The notes under the pieces: model-generated
Told to the model about the DNA's origin: nothing
Database searches by the model: none
The model's input: the letters and a program-made list of their open reading frames with translations, nothing else
Made by a program: the position numbers and the translations under genes
In this document: positions 25,223 to 37,020 of the stretch, one piece after another
Numbering within the stretch: the stretch's first letter is position 1
Layout of the letters: each line of letters begins with the position of its first letter
Assembly (NCBI GenBank): GCA_013265495.1
Contig: PNXW01004304.1
Coordinates: forward strand, 1-39,414
Direction of reading: 5' to 3'
Length of the DNA stretch: 39,414 nt
Source of the DNA: Vicugna vicugna
Taxonomy: Eukaryota

Positions 25223-25769
25223 CCACGTTTTCTGCTGGGCCTTAGGGTGCAGAGCAGCGGCAGGGCTCCCAAAAGCTTCCTTGGAAGCGAGAGATCGGCT
25301 CCACTACAGGTGCCATCCCTGACAGGAACCCACTGAGGGGAACATGGGACCTCAGGGACAGGAGATGTTCCAGGTGGATGGGGACCCCCAGTGCTCTGGG
25401 AAAGGAGCAGCAGTGCAAAGGCAGGAGGTACAAGGAGGTGCTGGGCAAGGTTTGGTGAAGGCTGGATGCTGGGGAGGTGTTGGGGGCCAGAAGATCGGTG
25501 CTGCCAGTGGAGTGGGGGTGGGGGGAGCATGAACTTGACCTTGGATGGGTCCTGGTGAGTTGGGGAAAGGAGAGGTCCAGTGGCTCTGGTGGGGGCTGGG
25601 GGGACCCCGCCAGGACAGGGGTGGGGGCTGCCTCTGGAGACACGTGCTCGGGGAGGCCACATGTAGCCCCAGCTCTGGGCCCTGGCAGACACCCCAGCCT
25701 CTCTGCAGGCCCTCAGGGGAGCCACACCTGCATTGGGAATTCGGGGCAGGTCCAGCCTGCATGCTGTGT

Positions 25770-25945
25770 CAGAGAAATGCAACACAATTAATTAGCCCCT
25801 AAAAAAAGCGTTTGAAGTGTTTATTGCAGGACGGCGCTCCTGGTTTTATAAGCAGATGGGGAAATAAAGTGGTGGGGATGACAAGCCGGGAACAGCTGCA
25901 CAGGGACCTGGAACCTAATTCATAATTCAGCAGACTAATCAGAGA
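25770..25945. promoter_or_regulatory. Candidate homeodomain-rich enhancer
   Basis: CAATTAATTAG 25785-25795, TTTATTG, TTTTATA, CTAATTCATAATTC and CTAATC. Confidence 0.45.
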
Positions 25946-26129
25946 ACATCTTCTGCAGGCCCCGCGATGAAGGGACGTGAGGCCGCAGCTGATGAGCCGC
26001 TCCCGCCGCACCGCCCAGCCGCCACGCTCCCCTCCGCCCTCCCTGGGCCTTGCCTAGTCAGCCTGGCCCCCAGTGGTGGTTCCAAGTGCCAAGCTCTTGA
26101 CGAGAATTTTCTCAGCAACCTCATTAGTC

Positions 26130-26180
26130 ATGCACCCTTTTTCCAGGAGGGGAAACTGAGGCCCAGGGAGGCTGAGCCTG
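26130..26180 (-). mobile_element. MIR core fragment
   Basis: CCCTTTTTCCAGGAGGGGAAACTGAGGCCCAGGGAGG. Confidence 0.55.
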
Positions 26181-26449
26181 AGGAGCGGTGCCGGTGGGCA
26201 CACAGCCCCCAGGAGCCCCTGGAGCCCCAACCCAACCCTGGCTGTAATGACAGGGGTCTCCCAGCCTCGGGGCGAAAGCCTCTAGCAAGGCCTCAGGTTG
26301 ATTGAGGAGCTGGTGGGGGAGGGGAGAGAGGGAGCAGGGCCTGGGAAGGCAGGTGGGGGCCAGGGTGGCGGCCAGGGTGGAGGCAGGGCTGAGATGGGGT
26401 TGGGGGCTGAGGGTGCGTGGGGCAGCTCCTGAGCCCGGAAGGGGGACTG

Positions 26450-26585
26450 GGAAAATCGCACATAAAAACTCATGTACATTTTATGACTTTTCCAGCTCCA
26501 ACAGGAGCCCAGTGTTCACATCGTGGATGTGAAACTCACAGGAGGAAAATACCTATGACAGTCGTAAATTCCTTGTTTTCTTCTC
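26450..26585. promoter_or_regulatory. Candidate posterior-HOX/MEIS enhancer
   Basis: CATAAAA 26461, TTTTATGAC 26479-26487 and TGACAGTCGTAAA 26556-26568. Confidence 0.5.
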
Positions 26586-28669
26586 GGCTGCTGAGGAGTG
26601 TGCCTGGCAAGACATGGGGCCACATGTCCTGAGCAGCTCCTGGCCCCCAGGCAGACAGGCTGAACTGCAGGGGCCTTTTCTTAAACATATAAAACCACAA
26701 AGCGGTTGATGCTCTAGCAGAGGAAGGCGTGAGTGCCATGATGCTCCCATGGGGATCGCAGGGGCCTTGTGGAAGTGGGCTTTGAGGCATAGGTAGGAGC
26801 TCACCAGTGTGAGAAGCATCTGTCACCATCCTCTGTGCCTCCAGAAAGCAAGCCCTGGGTCACATCCTGACCCCAACCCCCACTGGACCCTCAGGCCAGC
26901 CTGGCCGGGGTCTTTTTCAGAAGGCCAGGGCCTTGGGCACCAGCTGTCAGCCCCTGGTCCAGAGTCACCTCCCCACAGGCTTTGAGGGAAGGGCAGGGGA
27001 ATGGGGGAGCTAGTTCCCAGGTACCTGCCACAGGTAACAGACTCCAGGTAACTCCCCAGGCTGCAGGCATATTCGCCCCAGGGCTCCTTTCCAGGAAAAA
27101 ATGAACAGGCGTGTCCCAAGACTGTGGTGACAATAGTCTCGGCCCCAGTCCTGAGTGGGTGCCCGCCCTCAGGAGGTGGATCCGCGGGAACCCTTGCCAA
27201 GTGGGCTGTCCTGCGGAACTGGGATCCAGGCTCTGCCTGCTGCCCCGCAGCTGTTTGCAAAGACTCCAGGCCGCCCTGCTCCCGGGGGAGGGCAGGTTCC
27301 CCTTGTCCCCCTCCTGTAGGCTCAGAAAGGAGACCCACCCGCTTGTAAACGGCAGAGCAAGGAGTGGCCCATGTCCCCGGCTCCAGGCCCGTGTTTTGGC
27401 CACAGGCTGGCCCTGCCCCTCCTTTAAGCCTGTCCATACCTGCCACCTCCCCATCTCCTGTGCCTCCCTCCGCTGGGGAAGGGGCAGCTCCTCCTAACCT
27501 CGGGCCGAGGGTGGGCCCCTTCACAGGATGCTCAGAGCCCTGGGAGGCTGAACGTTATGGGCCACCGAGCAGGGACCCAGTTTGTACAGGTCAGCGCCCC
27601 ACTGCAGTGGCCGCCTTGCGCCCAGGCCTTCAGCGCTCCAGACTGGCTGCAGTACGGCCACCTCCAGAACCGCCCTCAGGCCACGTCCACGATCCCCCGC
27701 CACGTTGGCCTGTCCCGCGGGGCCGCTCCCGCAGAGGTAATCTCACTGAACAAACACGCCTAGGATTTGCTTTGCGCAAACAGCAGCAACCACCACAGCA
27801 CAAGTGAGGGGCTCAGAGAAGCACCAGACGCACAGCGAGGCGCAGGGACCGTGTCCCCCGGGGCAGGAATGCAGAGCCGTGGGCGTCCCTCGGGGAGGCC
27901 TGGGACCCTCTGTCAACTCCTAAGACACACGCCTACGCAGCTCTCAGGTCAGCGAGCTGGACACAGAGGGAAACAGCGGCCAGGGGGACGCAGCCTTGGC
28001 CTCTGGTGGGGGCTGGACCCCACACACACGGTGGAGGGAGAGCCAAGCCCAGAGGCACTGCCAACCAGACACCAGCCCTGGCCCCGCACCTGTGCTCACC
28101 CCCCACCCCGCCCCGTGTGGGAGCCCAGCTCCACAGGCACGGAGCTCCCCAGGGTGACCATGCGTCCTGTCCACTCCTCACACCCCAACTCCTCCAGGAG
28201 TGTAATCAAGATTCAGGGGTGACGGGCCAACCGGGCACATCCTCCCTTGGCCCCTGGCAGAGACCCTCGCTGAGGGCTGCGTTGGACAGCTGGGCCACAC
28301 ACCCTCATGACCCAGGGGTCCTCCTGGATTGCTGGTCCCAGGGTACAGGGCTGCTCACCACCGGCTCTGTGCCCACCACTCAGCCCAGGGACCCCACCCC
28401 AGCCCCCACCCCCAGATGTGGAGCCCAGGGCGGGCCCACAGGAGGACAACGCAGGAAAGGCGGACCTGTCTCTGGGGTTTGGGGGACCCTCACTTTCCTT
28501 TTTCTAATTTTTCTGCATTTTACAATTTTTCTTACACAAGTTTCTGGGGCATCAGCAGGGAGGAACCAGGCCCCCGTCCACCCCCTGCACAGGCTGGGTG
28601 CCCTCCCTGGGTGCGGCTGGCCACCCACCCATCCCCCTATTCTGTGCTCCTCCCCTGGGACACGCCAGC

Positions 28670-28795
28670 CTCATTTCACTGCCACTGCAGCGGCTGCATT
28701 AACTTGTATCTAACAGGACGCTCAGTATTGGATGTGGAGCAATTCCAGTTTAATTAGGCGTCAGGAAGCTGGGCATTAGTTAAAGTAACAAAGGG
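28670..28795. promoter_or_regulatory. Candidate homeodomain/SOX element
   Basis: CATTAAC, TTAATTAG 28750-28757, CATTAG and AACAAAG 28787-28793. Confidence 0.35.
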
Positions 28796-29045
28796 CTCAG
28801 CCCCGCATAGGCAGGCCTCGCCAGAAAGGCTGTGGTCAGGCGCTCGGGGACGCCGAGGGCATGGCCAGCAGGATGGGCCCCGTGCTCGTCCCGCAGGGTC
28901 TCAGCCCCATTACCCCGAATGTCCTCAGGCCCACGCACCAAAGGCCACTTGGGTCCTGGCATGCTGACGTCCTTGGCCACACACGGCCCAGGGTGAGGCC
29001 CAGGGCAGGGTCAGGACACCGATATTCTGGCAGGTCCCCATCAGT

Positions 29046-29107
29046 GCCCACCCGGCCCACAGCCCTGGAGACCTGTCACAGCCCACGCCCACCGTACTCA
29101 GACCACC
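29046..29107 (+). repeat. 62-bp dispersed direct repeat, copy 1
   Basis: 61/62 identical to 29841-29902. Confidence 0.97.
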
Positions 29108-29840
29108 TTCCCCGCCCCTTCCTCCCACCACGGCACGGACACAAGGGCTCGGGCGCCAGGGCAGCTGAGGACAATGGCCCAGGGTAGAGGACAGTAAGAC
29201 AGGACCTGGACGCTACAGCCAGCACATGCCAAGACCTCCCTCCCTCACCCTCCACGGGACCCTCCGTCACCTCCCACCCTCTCACCCCTGCCGGCCTCGC
29301 CGCCACAGCCATGACTAAGACTCTCATGATGGTTCAGTATTTACTGTGTTGATAAGAAGCAATCTATGCAACTTTTTATCTTAAGTTCAGGAGAGTTGAA
29401 GGTGTATAGATCTCTCTCTAAGGAAAATCAGAAAACTAGACTAGGTGGCTTACAATATGGCCCCCAGTTTCCCGTTCCTGATCCTAACTATCTCCCGGGG
29501 TTTCCCTCTGCCCCTCGGGCCTGGGACGGGCTCTGGGCCCCCAGCCCCGCGTGGTGTCACCTCCTTCCTCTCGGAAGTTCTACCTCTGTTGATGTGTCCT
29601 GCCCTCCATCCTCACTCCCCTGAGGAGGCTGAACCTACAGATCTGAACCGAGGTGCACAGAGGCCCAGGTTTCCAACGCAGGTCACTGGACAGCTGCTGC
29701 TTCACTGGCCCTGGGCTGAGTCCAGGCCTCAAAACCCACTTGAGTGAGAGGGGTTGATGTCAAGGCCAAGGGGCTGATTAGGCAGGAGCCATGGACCCCA
29801 GGGAGACTCGGCGATAGGACCCCAGCCACACAAGGACACA

Positions 29841-29902
29841 GCCCACCCGGCCCACAGCCCTGGAGACCTGTCAGAGCCCACGCCCACCGTACTCAGACCA
29901 CC
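29841..29902 (+). repeat. 62-bp dispersed direct repeat, copy 2
   Basis: 61/62 identical to 29046-29107 (C29079 vs G29874). Confidence 0.97.
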
Positions 29903-30509
29903 CCACACGGAGCCACCCCAAGATACATGGTTTTCAGGCGCTGTCCAGTTGGCCAGCACCCCGGGTTCTGTGAGCACCAGGGGCTCAGCCAGCGAGGGGT
30001 GAACAGGCAGAGCTGTCCCTCCAGGAATGGTCGGACATGGGTCTGAGCCACTGCTGCGCAGCCCCAGGGCCGGGCACAGTGGCGTCCCGCCTGCCCTGTG
30101 CAGAGACAAACGGCCAGTGCCCGGATATCGACATTCCCCACGATGAGGACCATATTTTCCCCACTGGTCGAGACCAGAATCAATGGCATTTGAGTAATTG
30201 GAGATTGATTTTAATTAAGTCTTAGAAGTTTTGTGACCATGTCTGATGGAGGACTCCTCTCTGCTGGCTGCTGGTGGAACTGGACCCCAGTCCGCCTGAC
30301 CCGGAGGTGGGGCGGGGCTGCCACCTGGGCGTCCTTGGGCCCTGGCCTGAGAAGCCCCCACCAGCCCCCTAGGGTCCACGGTGTCCTCTGCCCCTAGTCC
30401 AGTAGGATTCTCAGCTCTTGGGGCGGAATTGGCTGAGGTGGGGTGGGTTGTGGATCCTGGGGAAAGAGTCTGGACCGCCAGATCTTGGACAGCGCTGGGT
30501 CCCGCCCCA

Positions 30510-30555
30510 CCCTGACCCCAGTTTCCCCATCTGTGAAATGGGGTGACAGTGCCCT
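30510..30555 (+). mobile_element. MIR core fragment
   Basis: CCCCAGTTTCCCCATCTGTGAAATGGGGTGACAGTGCC. Confidence 0.65.
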
Positions 30556-31564
30556 CTCCCCCGTGATGCAGGCCCCACCCCACAGGAAGGGCTGCCCCTT
30601 GCTTCTTGGCATCACCTGGTAGGATTGCATCCTTCCCCACCAAACCACATCCTCTGTCATTTCCACCACACCCGGGCCTGGGGGAGAACCACAGACCACG
30701 CCACATGCCTGCTGACCACAGGACACAGAGGGCTCACCTGAGGTCCCTGCCCGGTGCCCCCACACTCCGGAGGTTCTCATGACAATGCCAGGAGCCAGGG
30801 ACCCTGCACACAGCTGGCACATTGCCCCAGCCGGCCTCCCAGAGTGCCTCCCTCCTGAGGACCTCAGGCCTCCCACCTCCCACCAGCCCACTGACAGGTT
30901 TACTGCCACAGAGGAGAGCAGGTCATTAGGAATGTATCATTAATGAGGAGGCCTCATTAGGCAGACCACTAAATCACCAGTCTCACCCAAATCCCTGAAG
31001 GCTAAGGGGGGTTGTCATGCCCTCAAGGGGTCTACAAGGTTGCAGGCAGGTGGGCCTCTGGGTGCCAAGGACCCCAGTGGCATCCAGGCAGGGGCAAGGG
31101 CTCACGGACTATCAACACCATCGCCCAAGGGACCCCCAGCTCTGCCCCAGCCCCTGGCTGAGCCCACCTACCCTGCCTGGTGAGCCGCTGCTGTGGGTCC
31201 AGGGGCAGCACAGGCAGCCTCCCCACCTCTGACCCCACCCAGGAGCTGAGTCAGGGTCCATGGGACAGTCACTGCCCACAGCAAGTGTGTCCAAGTACAG
31301 CTTTGGCTCTCTGCCCTTGGGGCCTGCTCTGTCCCCCACTGTCCCCCTATCCCTTCTGAGGGGCCGGGCCAGCTTGGCCTCCCCACACCACTGACCTGAC
31401 CTGGGCCGCACTAGGCCTCTGTTGCCTCACAATGAGAAGGAAGCAAGGAACAGAGTCTGTGCACCCCCAGCACCCCACCCAGGGCTGCCTGCAGGCTGCC
31501 CTCAGAATGGCTTGGGACCCAGGGATCCCTGATAACAGGAACTTCAACTCCCAGGGCTGACATC

Positions 31565-31640
31565 CAAACCCATTTCACAGACCAGGAAACTGAGGCCTAG
31601 GGCTGGGCAGGCCCAATTGCAAAGCAGAGACGGGGGCCAG
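31565..31640 (-). mobile_element. MIR core fragment
   Basis: CCCATTTCACAGACCAGGAAACTGAGGCCTAG. Confidence 0.65.
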
Positions 31641-33149
31641 GCCCCTCCCAGCTCCCAAGAAGCCTGCATTTCCAGCCCCTCCAGGCTCCTGCAGGTGGGG
31701 TGTATCCCAGGAACACCCCACCCACGGTCATCAGCCCCTCCCCAGCTGATGCAAGGAGTCAGGAGTCACGTGGTAATAGAAGAAGACAAGGAGGATGGGT
31801 GCTGGGCACTCTGCTGTGTCGCCCACAGGGTCAGGGCCAAGGCCGCCGGGTGCTTGTGTGGGTGGACAGCCAACTCCTGCCCTGGGAAGGACATTTGCCA
31901 GGAAGAGGAGGAGGGTGGGTGGAGCCCACAGAGAAGCCTTAATGAGCATTGGGCCTGGAGGAGCCACCATCCTGCTAACGGCCTCAGAGACGCTGACCTA
32001 CAGGGCAGAGACCCAGGACAGGCTAATGAGGGGGCGCTGGTCAAGGAACACTCAGAGGCTGAGGGGGGTCTGGACCTGAGGTCCTGGGCTGGAGGCAGGG
32101 CCTGCCTTCGGGACTTCAGCAGTGCGACCCTCTCGGGGGCTCAGTTTACCCGTCCAGGTGTGCCCTTTGAAGAGGGGTGATGAAGGAGATGGTGCTCTCC
32201 AAAGTAGGAGATGGGGAATCCGAGGCCAGGCCACACCTGCCTGCCCATCACCGTGGCAACCGTCCTGCTGCGAGGCAGGCCCCCTCCTAGCCCTCCCTGC
32301 CGGGCTGCCGTCTTTCTTTGCTTCTCCAGCTGCCACTTTGTCTTAACTTGTGCTTTGAAAATGTTAAACTCTCAAAAAACACTACAAGAGCAGTTTAAGC
32401 CGCCATCTGCCTGCCCAAAGCAGGCATCGGGCACCACTCTGTCCCATCATCGCCTTGTGGCAGGCTGTGCAGGAACAGCACTGGCCCTGGATAGGGGACA
32501 AGGTAGCTTCGAGGGCTCTGGGAACTGTGATGACTCAGGGGAGGGGCAGCGGGTCCCAGGTCCCCCCCATTCCAGGGCTCTGGGCTCCCTGGCATGCTGT
32601 CCAGGGCTGGCAGAGTCCATAGACTCAGGGCGGCTGGTGCCAGTCCTCTTTTCAGTGGAACTGCCCTCCTCCTCTCCCTGTAGGTGAAGGCATGATGTGA
32701 CTGCAGGCCTAGAGGATTAGGGTAGCACTGAACAACCACCCTCACTTTAGTAAGAATTGGTGGGCTGTTCCCAGGAGCATGGCAGGGTAAGTCTGATGGT
32801 GGAGGGGTATTTGCAGGACCCAGAGGGCCTACAGGCAGGGGGAGGACCAGGGATCAGCCAATGGGGACAGAGGATGTCCCTGTCTACCAGCCCTGAGACC
32901 CAGGATACCTATAGGTACAAGGCAGAGACACCTGGGCCCATTGAGTCAACCCTGTAGTCACTCCATGAGCACCCCAGGAAGACAGACAGACTCCACTTAC
33001 CTGGCCCAGTGACTGGGCAACACCCCGATTCCCTGGGTGTGGGGTGCTCACCCTCTGTGTGTGGAGAGCATCCAGCCAGGGAGTGGGTGGCCTGGAGTCC
33101 AGCAGAACCACCCCAGATGACTGGATAACCCCTAGCACAGCGCTTGTGA

Positions 33150-33335
33150 TGGGTTTTCATTTATCATTTCTTTTATTGCAATCACTTTGAAAACTATTAA
33201 GTGTAGTTATTAATCATTAAGTAATTATTATCTGTTCTTGTATTAATTATCTGGTATAGAAAGTATCATGAAGATTTAAGGTTTTTAATTGTTAATATTT
33301 CCCAAACACGAGAGCAGTTTAATGCACCTTAAGCT
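33150..33335. promoter_or_regulatory. Very AT-rich, TAAT-dense island (candidate conserved element)
   Basis: Many TAAT/ATTA cores; HNF1-like ATTAATCATTAAG 33209-33221; TTAAGTG; flanked by GC-rich DNA. Confidence 0.4.
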
Positions 33336-33932
33336 CTGCTCCCCCTGCCCGGCTGAGGCTGGGAGGGTGCCCCCTATTTCTGGCACTGGCTGGCTGCTGC
33401 CCCACAAGTGTGTCCTGGGCCGGGCCCAGGCATAACCTAACCCTCTCTCCAGCTCCCCTCTGGGCCCCCGAACACCAGACCAGGAGTGTGGTCTGCTCCC
33501 CACAGTCTCTGAGGCACACAGGCTGGGCCAGCAAGGACGACTGGAAGGGTATCTGCCACAGGCCGGGGCCACCAATGGCCCCGCCGCCCCTAGGTGGCTC
33601 CAGGTCCCTGTGCCCACAGGCCTCACTGACCACTCAGCCCTGGTCTCCACTGTCCCCAGGAACTCTGGCTTCAGCCGCATGACCAGCAGACACAGGGGGA
33701 GCCTCCAGGAGCCACTCCCCAGTGTGCCCAGCTGCTGTGAGGACAGGACGGTGGTGCTGCCGGCTGGCCGGGGCTGGGGCTGTGAGGGGGACACAGCTGT
33801 CACCTCGGTGTAACGTTATGTGATACCAGTGACCTAGAACCTAGCTCCCCCTCACTTCTCACTTTCCTCAGCGAGGTGACAGGTTAAGGCTACCCACTGA
33901 CACTGGTCCATAGCCGTCCCCCAACTCTGTAA

Positions 33933-34167
33933 CCTCTACCCCCCTGGTAACCACAAGTCTGTATTCTCTGTCCATGAGTCTATTTCTGTCCTGTATTTAT
34001 GCTTTGTTTTTGTTTGTTTGTTTGTTTTTGTTTTTGTTTTTTAGATTCCACATATGAGCGATCTCATATGGTATTTTTCTTTCGCTTTCTGGCTTACTTC
34101 ACTTAGAATGACATTCTCTAGGAGCATCCATGTTGCTGCAAATGGCATTATGTTGTCGGTTTTAATG
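33933..34167 (-). mobile_element. Young LINE-1 3'UTR fragment (camelid-like), truncated at both ends
   Basis: CCCCCTGGTAACCACAAGTCTGTATTCTCTGTCCATGAGTC...TTAGATTCCACATATGAGCGATCTCATATGGTATTT...CTGGCTTACTTCACTTAGAATGAC...CATCCATGTTGCTGCAAATGGCATT is the typical laurasiatherian L1 3' region; no poly(T) or TSD visible. Confidence 0.9.
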
Positions 34168-35826
34168 AAAAATAGAGTTTTGAAAAATAATTCAGGTTCA
34201 CCTCATCCCAAAATTATTGCACATAGACACTATGTATCAGAAAACCTTTTCATTTACCAGGAAAGCCCTTCCTCTTTGGCTACTGCTTTATTCACACCAT
34301 GAAAATTGTAGTCAGGTTTAAAACCATTTTCACTTGCTGTCTTGCTGGAGTTTTTATGTTAATCATTTATTTCCCGTTAAATGTGAGTCCTATCAAGATA
34401 CATGAATGGTACAATGATCTTTGTCACTTCCAATCATCTATATTACTTCTATCTGTTGGTTTCAAACAGTATTTTTCCTTGAAAAAAAGAAAAGAATGAC
34501 AATAACTAACACTAACATTCAGTTACAGTTTATAGTAACCTAACATTTTCACATAAATAATCAGGATTTTAGAAAAGCAACTAAATAATTTTCCCTTAAA
34601 GAGTTGTAAATAGTATTTACAATGTGAGATATTGTGTTAAAAATCAGAGATGGAGACAGAATAATTTTGACTAACTCAAAGTTCAGAAGGAGTGGTTATC
34701 CAAACTTTCAGATGGAATCTGAAAAAAGAGGAAGATGGGAAGCAGATGAAATTTGATGAGGAAAATACCAAATTGTAGCTAGATGTTTGAATCTGTTTAA
34801 GAAATTTTCTGAATAACATGATTATTAAAATATGTATGCAAATGTTAGAAAGTAGACAGCTGTTAATTGTCATTAGTCATTAATTTAATAATGATACTGT
34901 ATGTTATAGAGAAGCGGAAAATGATTCAGTTGTGTGTTTATAGTCTTTTTCCATTTGAGATCTCAAATCAGGGAAAGAATATGTTTTGTAAACATCTATA
35001 AGCTTAAGGTTCATCTGGGGGCAACTTCCCAAACTGGGGTCCCGAGATTTATGAGGAAATGGCCTCATACACAATCAAAGAGGACAAGCAATAAATCATT
35101 AAATCGGATGTCACCGTGATTTTCAGCCAACTCAGCTCATCCACTGGATGCTGATGTTCTCCTTGGTTATGTATTATTAAGAAAACCATTTAAAAATTAT
35201 AAATCATATTATTTATTATTCATTCACCTTGACATCACTTTCATTTTATTATTAAATTGATTGGTTATTTTTATACAATTTAGTAATATAATTATATTAC
35301 AGAATTAATAATGATATAGAGTAAAACTTCAGGTTCTATATAATTTCTTAATTCTATGTCTTCTCAGTCATTATAGTTCTTTTATATTTGTCAACAATAA
35401 TACCATAAAAACTACAGCTCTCCCCTGGGCTATCCCTCCACCCCCAGGTAATTTTCCTCCACCAAAAAAGCACTAGAGCTAAGGCTATCAATTTCAAATT
35501 GAATTTACTTAAAAAATATGACATTGTTAAATATATTTTAAAATATAGTTAGTGAATTTTAGCAGTTCATAATCACCATACTCTGTAAAACATCGGATTT
35601 AACTAGGGATGAACTACATTAAAGTAGATTTTTGATTTAGTTTCACATGTGTTCAATCTGCTGAAAGGCATTAAAGAAATTCCAAGTATCTGGTGTGAGC
35701 AAATTTCAAAAGAATGGATTCCACTTTGCTCTAAAACTTAAAAAAAAAAAGTCAACTATGTGATGCTTTCCTTGACAGAAGTCAGTGGGTACCATTCTAG
35801 ACTGATTATCCTTCCACCTTCCTTTC

Positions 35827-36371
35827 TGTAATAGAGAACAGATATGACTCTATCTTGGATCTGTTCCTTTAGTTTTAGCCATTGTGCTCTTTTTCTGGAT
35901 TTATTCTTGCTAGCTCTGCACCTTTTTTAAATGAATGTTGCCTTTAGCCTATCTGGTAAACAGAAGAGCCCTTTCTCAAGGCTCTGACCTTTAAGGATAT
36001 TAACTCTTCTGCACTTACATAAAGATAACAAGTTGCAGAATAGACAGTAGCCTTTGTTTTGTTGGAGGTTTTGCAGGAGAGCCATGACCTGCTCTTGTGG
36101 ACAGCTGCAGGAACAAAGAATTCCTACACCAAGAAGTTTGCAACAACCAGCCACACAGCCTCCCCTGTTTTTTGTTTTGTTTTGTTTTGTTTTGTATAAA
36201 AGGAGACTCTATTCTGACTGGAGCAGGATGGCTCTCCAAGACATTGTTAGTTTGCCATCCTCTCGGTCTGCTGGCTTTCTGAATAAAGTCACTATTCTTT
36301 GCCCCAAAACCTCATCTCCCAGTTTATTAGCCTGTCACGCGGTGAGCAGAATGGGTTTGGACTTGGTAACA
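35827..36371 (+). mobile_element. Complete solo ERV1 LTR (MER41-like 3' end), 545 bp, with perfect 4-bp TSD
   Basis: TGTAAT...GGTAACA termini; TTTC at 35823-35826 and 36372-36375; TATAAAA 36195-36201; AATAAA 36282-36287; internal (TTTTG)n. Confidence 0.9.
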
Positions 36372-36689
36372 TTTCCTCTATTGTATCACTGGAATCCAGC
36401 GTTTTTTCGCTGCTGCCATCACCTCAAAGACCCCACACCCTGCAGGCAATGTTGATAAAGAGAAATCTTCAAGGAGGTAAGAAAGCCTTCTTTGGAAATC
36501 TAATTGCAACTCTGAAGTATTTCTGGAAAGATTTGTTTTTAGTCAACCCATTTTCAGTTTCGGTTTCCCTCCTTCCATGCTTGTTTCCTGTCTAAGCCCC
36601 AGATACCATTCAGTGTCACTGGGTTTAAGCACCAGGTAACATTGAAAACATATCACAAATTATTCGGAATGAATATATTATTTTGTTTT

Positions 36690-37020
36690 CCAAATTTCAG
36701 ATAGATTATAATTTCCTTTTTAAATATTCAGATAACAAAAAGATATAAAGAACATAGTAAAAATCGCCTTTAATATCATTGCCTAGAGGCATCTACCATT
36801 AACATTTTGTTATAGATCTTTCCAGAGAGTGTCTTATACATATATGAATATATATTTACTTTTTAAAAAACAAACACAGAGGCATTTTTGAGTAGACCTT
36901 ACTAATTCACTGAATATATTGCAATTTTCTTTACATGTAGATAAACATTGATTTATAAGCATCATTTTGATGGTATCATAGTATTACATTATATATGATA
37001 TGTAACATGTTGCATAATAT
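36690..37020 (-). mobile_element. Ancient L1 (L1ME-like) 3' fragment
   Basis: CCTAGAGGCATCTACCATTAACATTTTG...ATCTTTCCAG...CATCATTTTGATGGTATCATAGTATTACATTATAT resembles the L1ME 3'UTR in antisense. Confidence 0.55.

Noticed and set aside
29046..29902. Direct repeats as CRISPR repeats or LTRs
   Set aside because: Mammalian context, only two copies, no TG...CA termini, PBS or regular spacers.
5451..32719. About nine GGATTA/TAATCC (PITX/OTX) sites
   Set aside because: A rough composition-based expectation is about seven, so there is no enrichment.
183..33813. Numerous overlapping 60-315 aa ORFs on both strands
   Set aside because: Pro/Gly/Ala/Arg-rich with no recognisable domain or exon chain, many with non-ATG starts; expected in GC-rich DNA.
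1..33930. Assigning the landscape to a named gene
   Set aside because: No exon or diagnostic sequence recognised; this needs alignment.
34054..36595. Short ORFs in the AT-rich block
   Set aside because: They overlap L1 3'UTR antisense, LTR or AT-rich sequence and resemble no protein I recognise.
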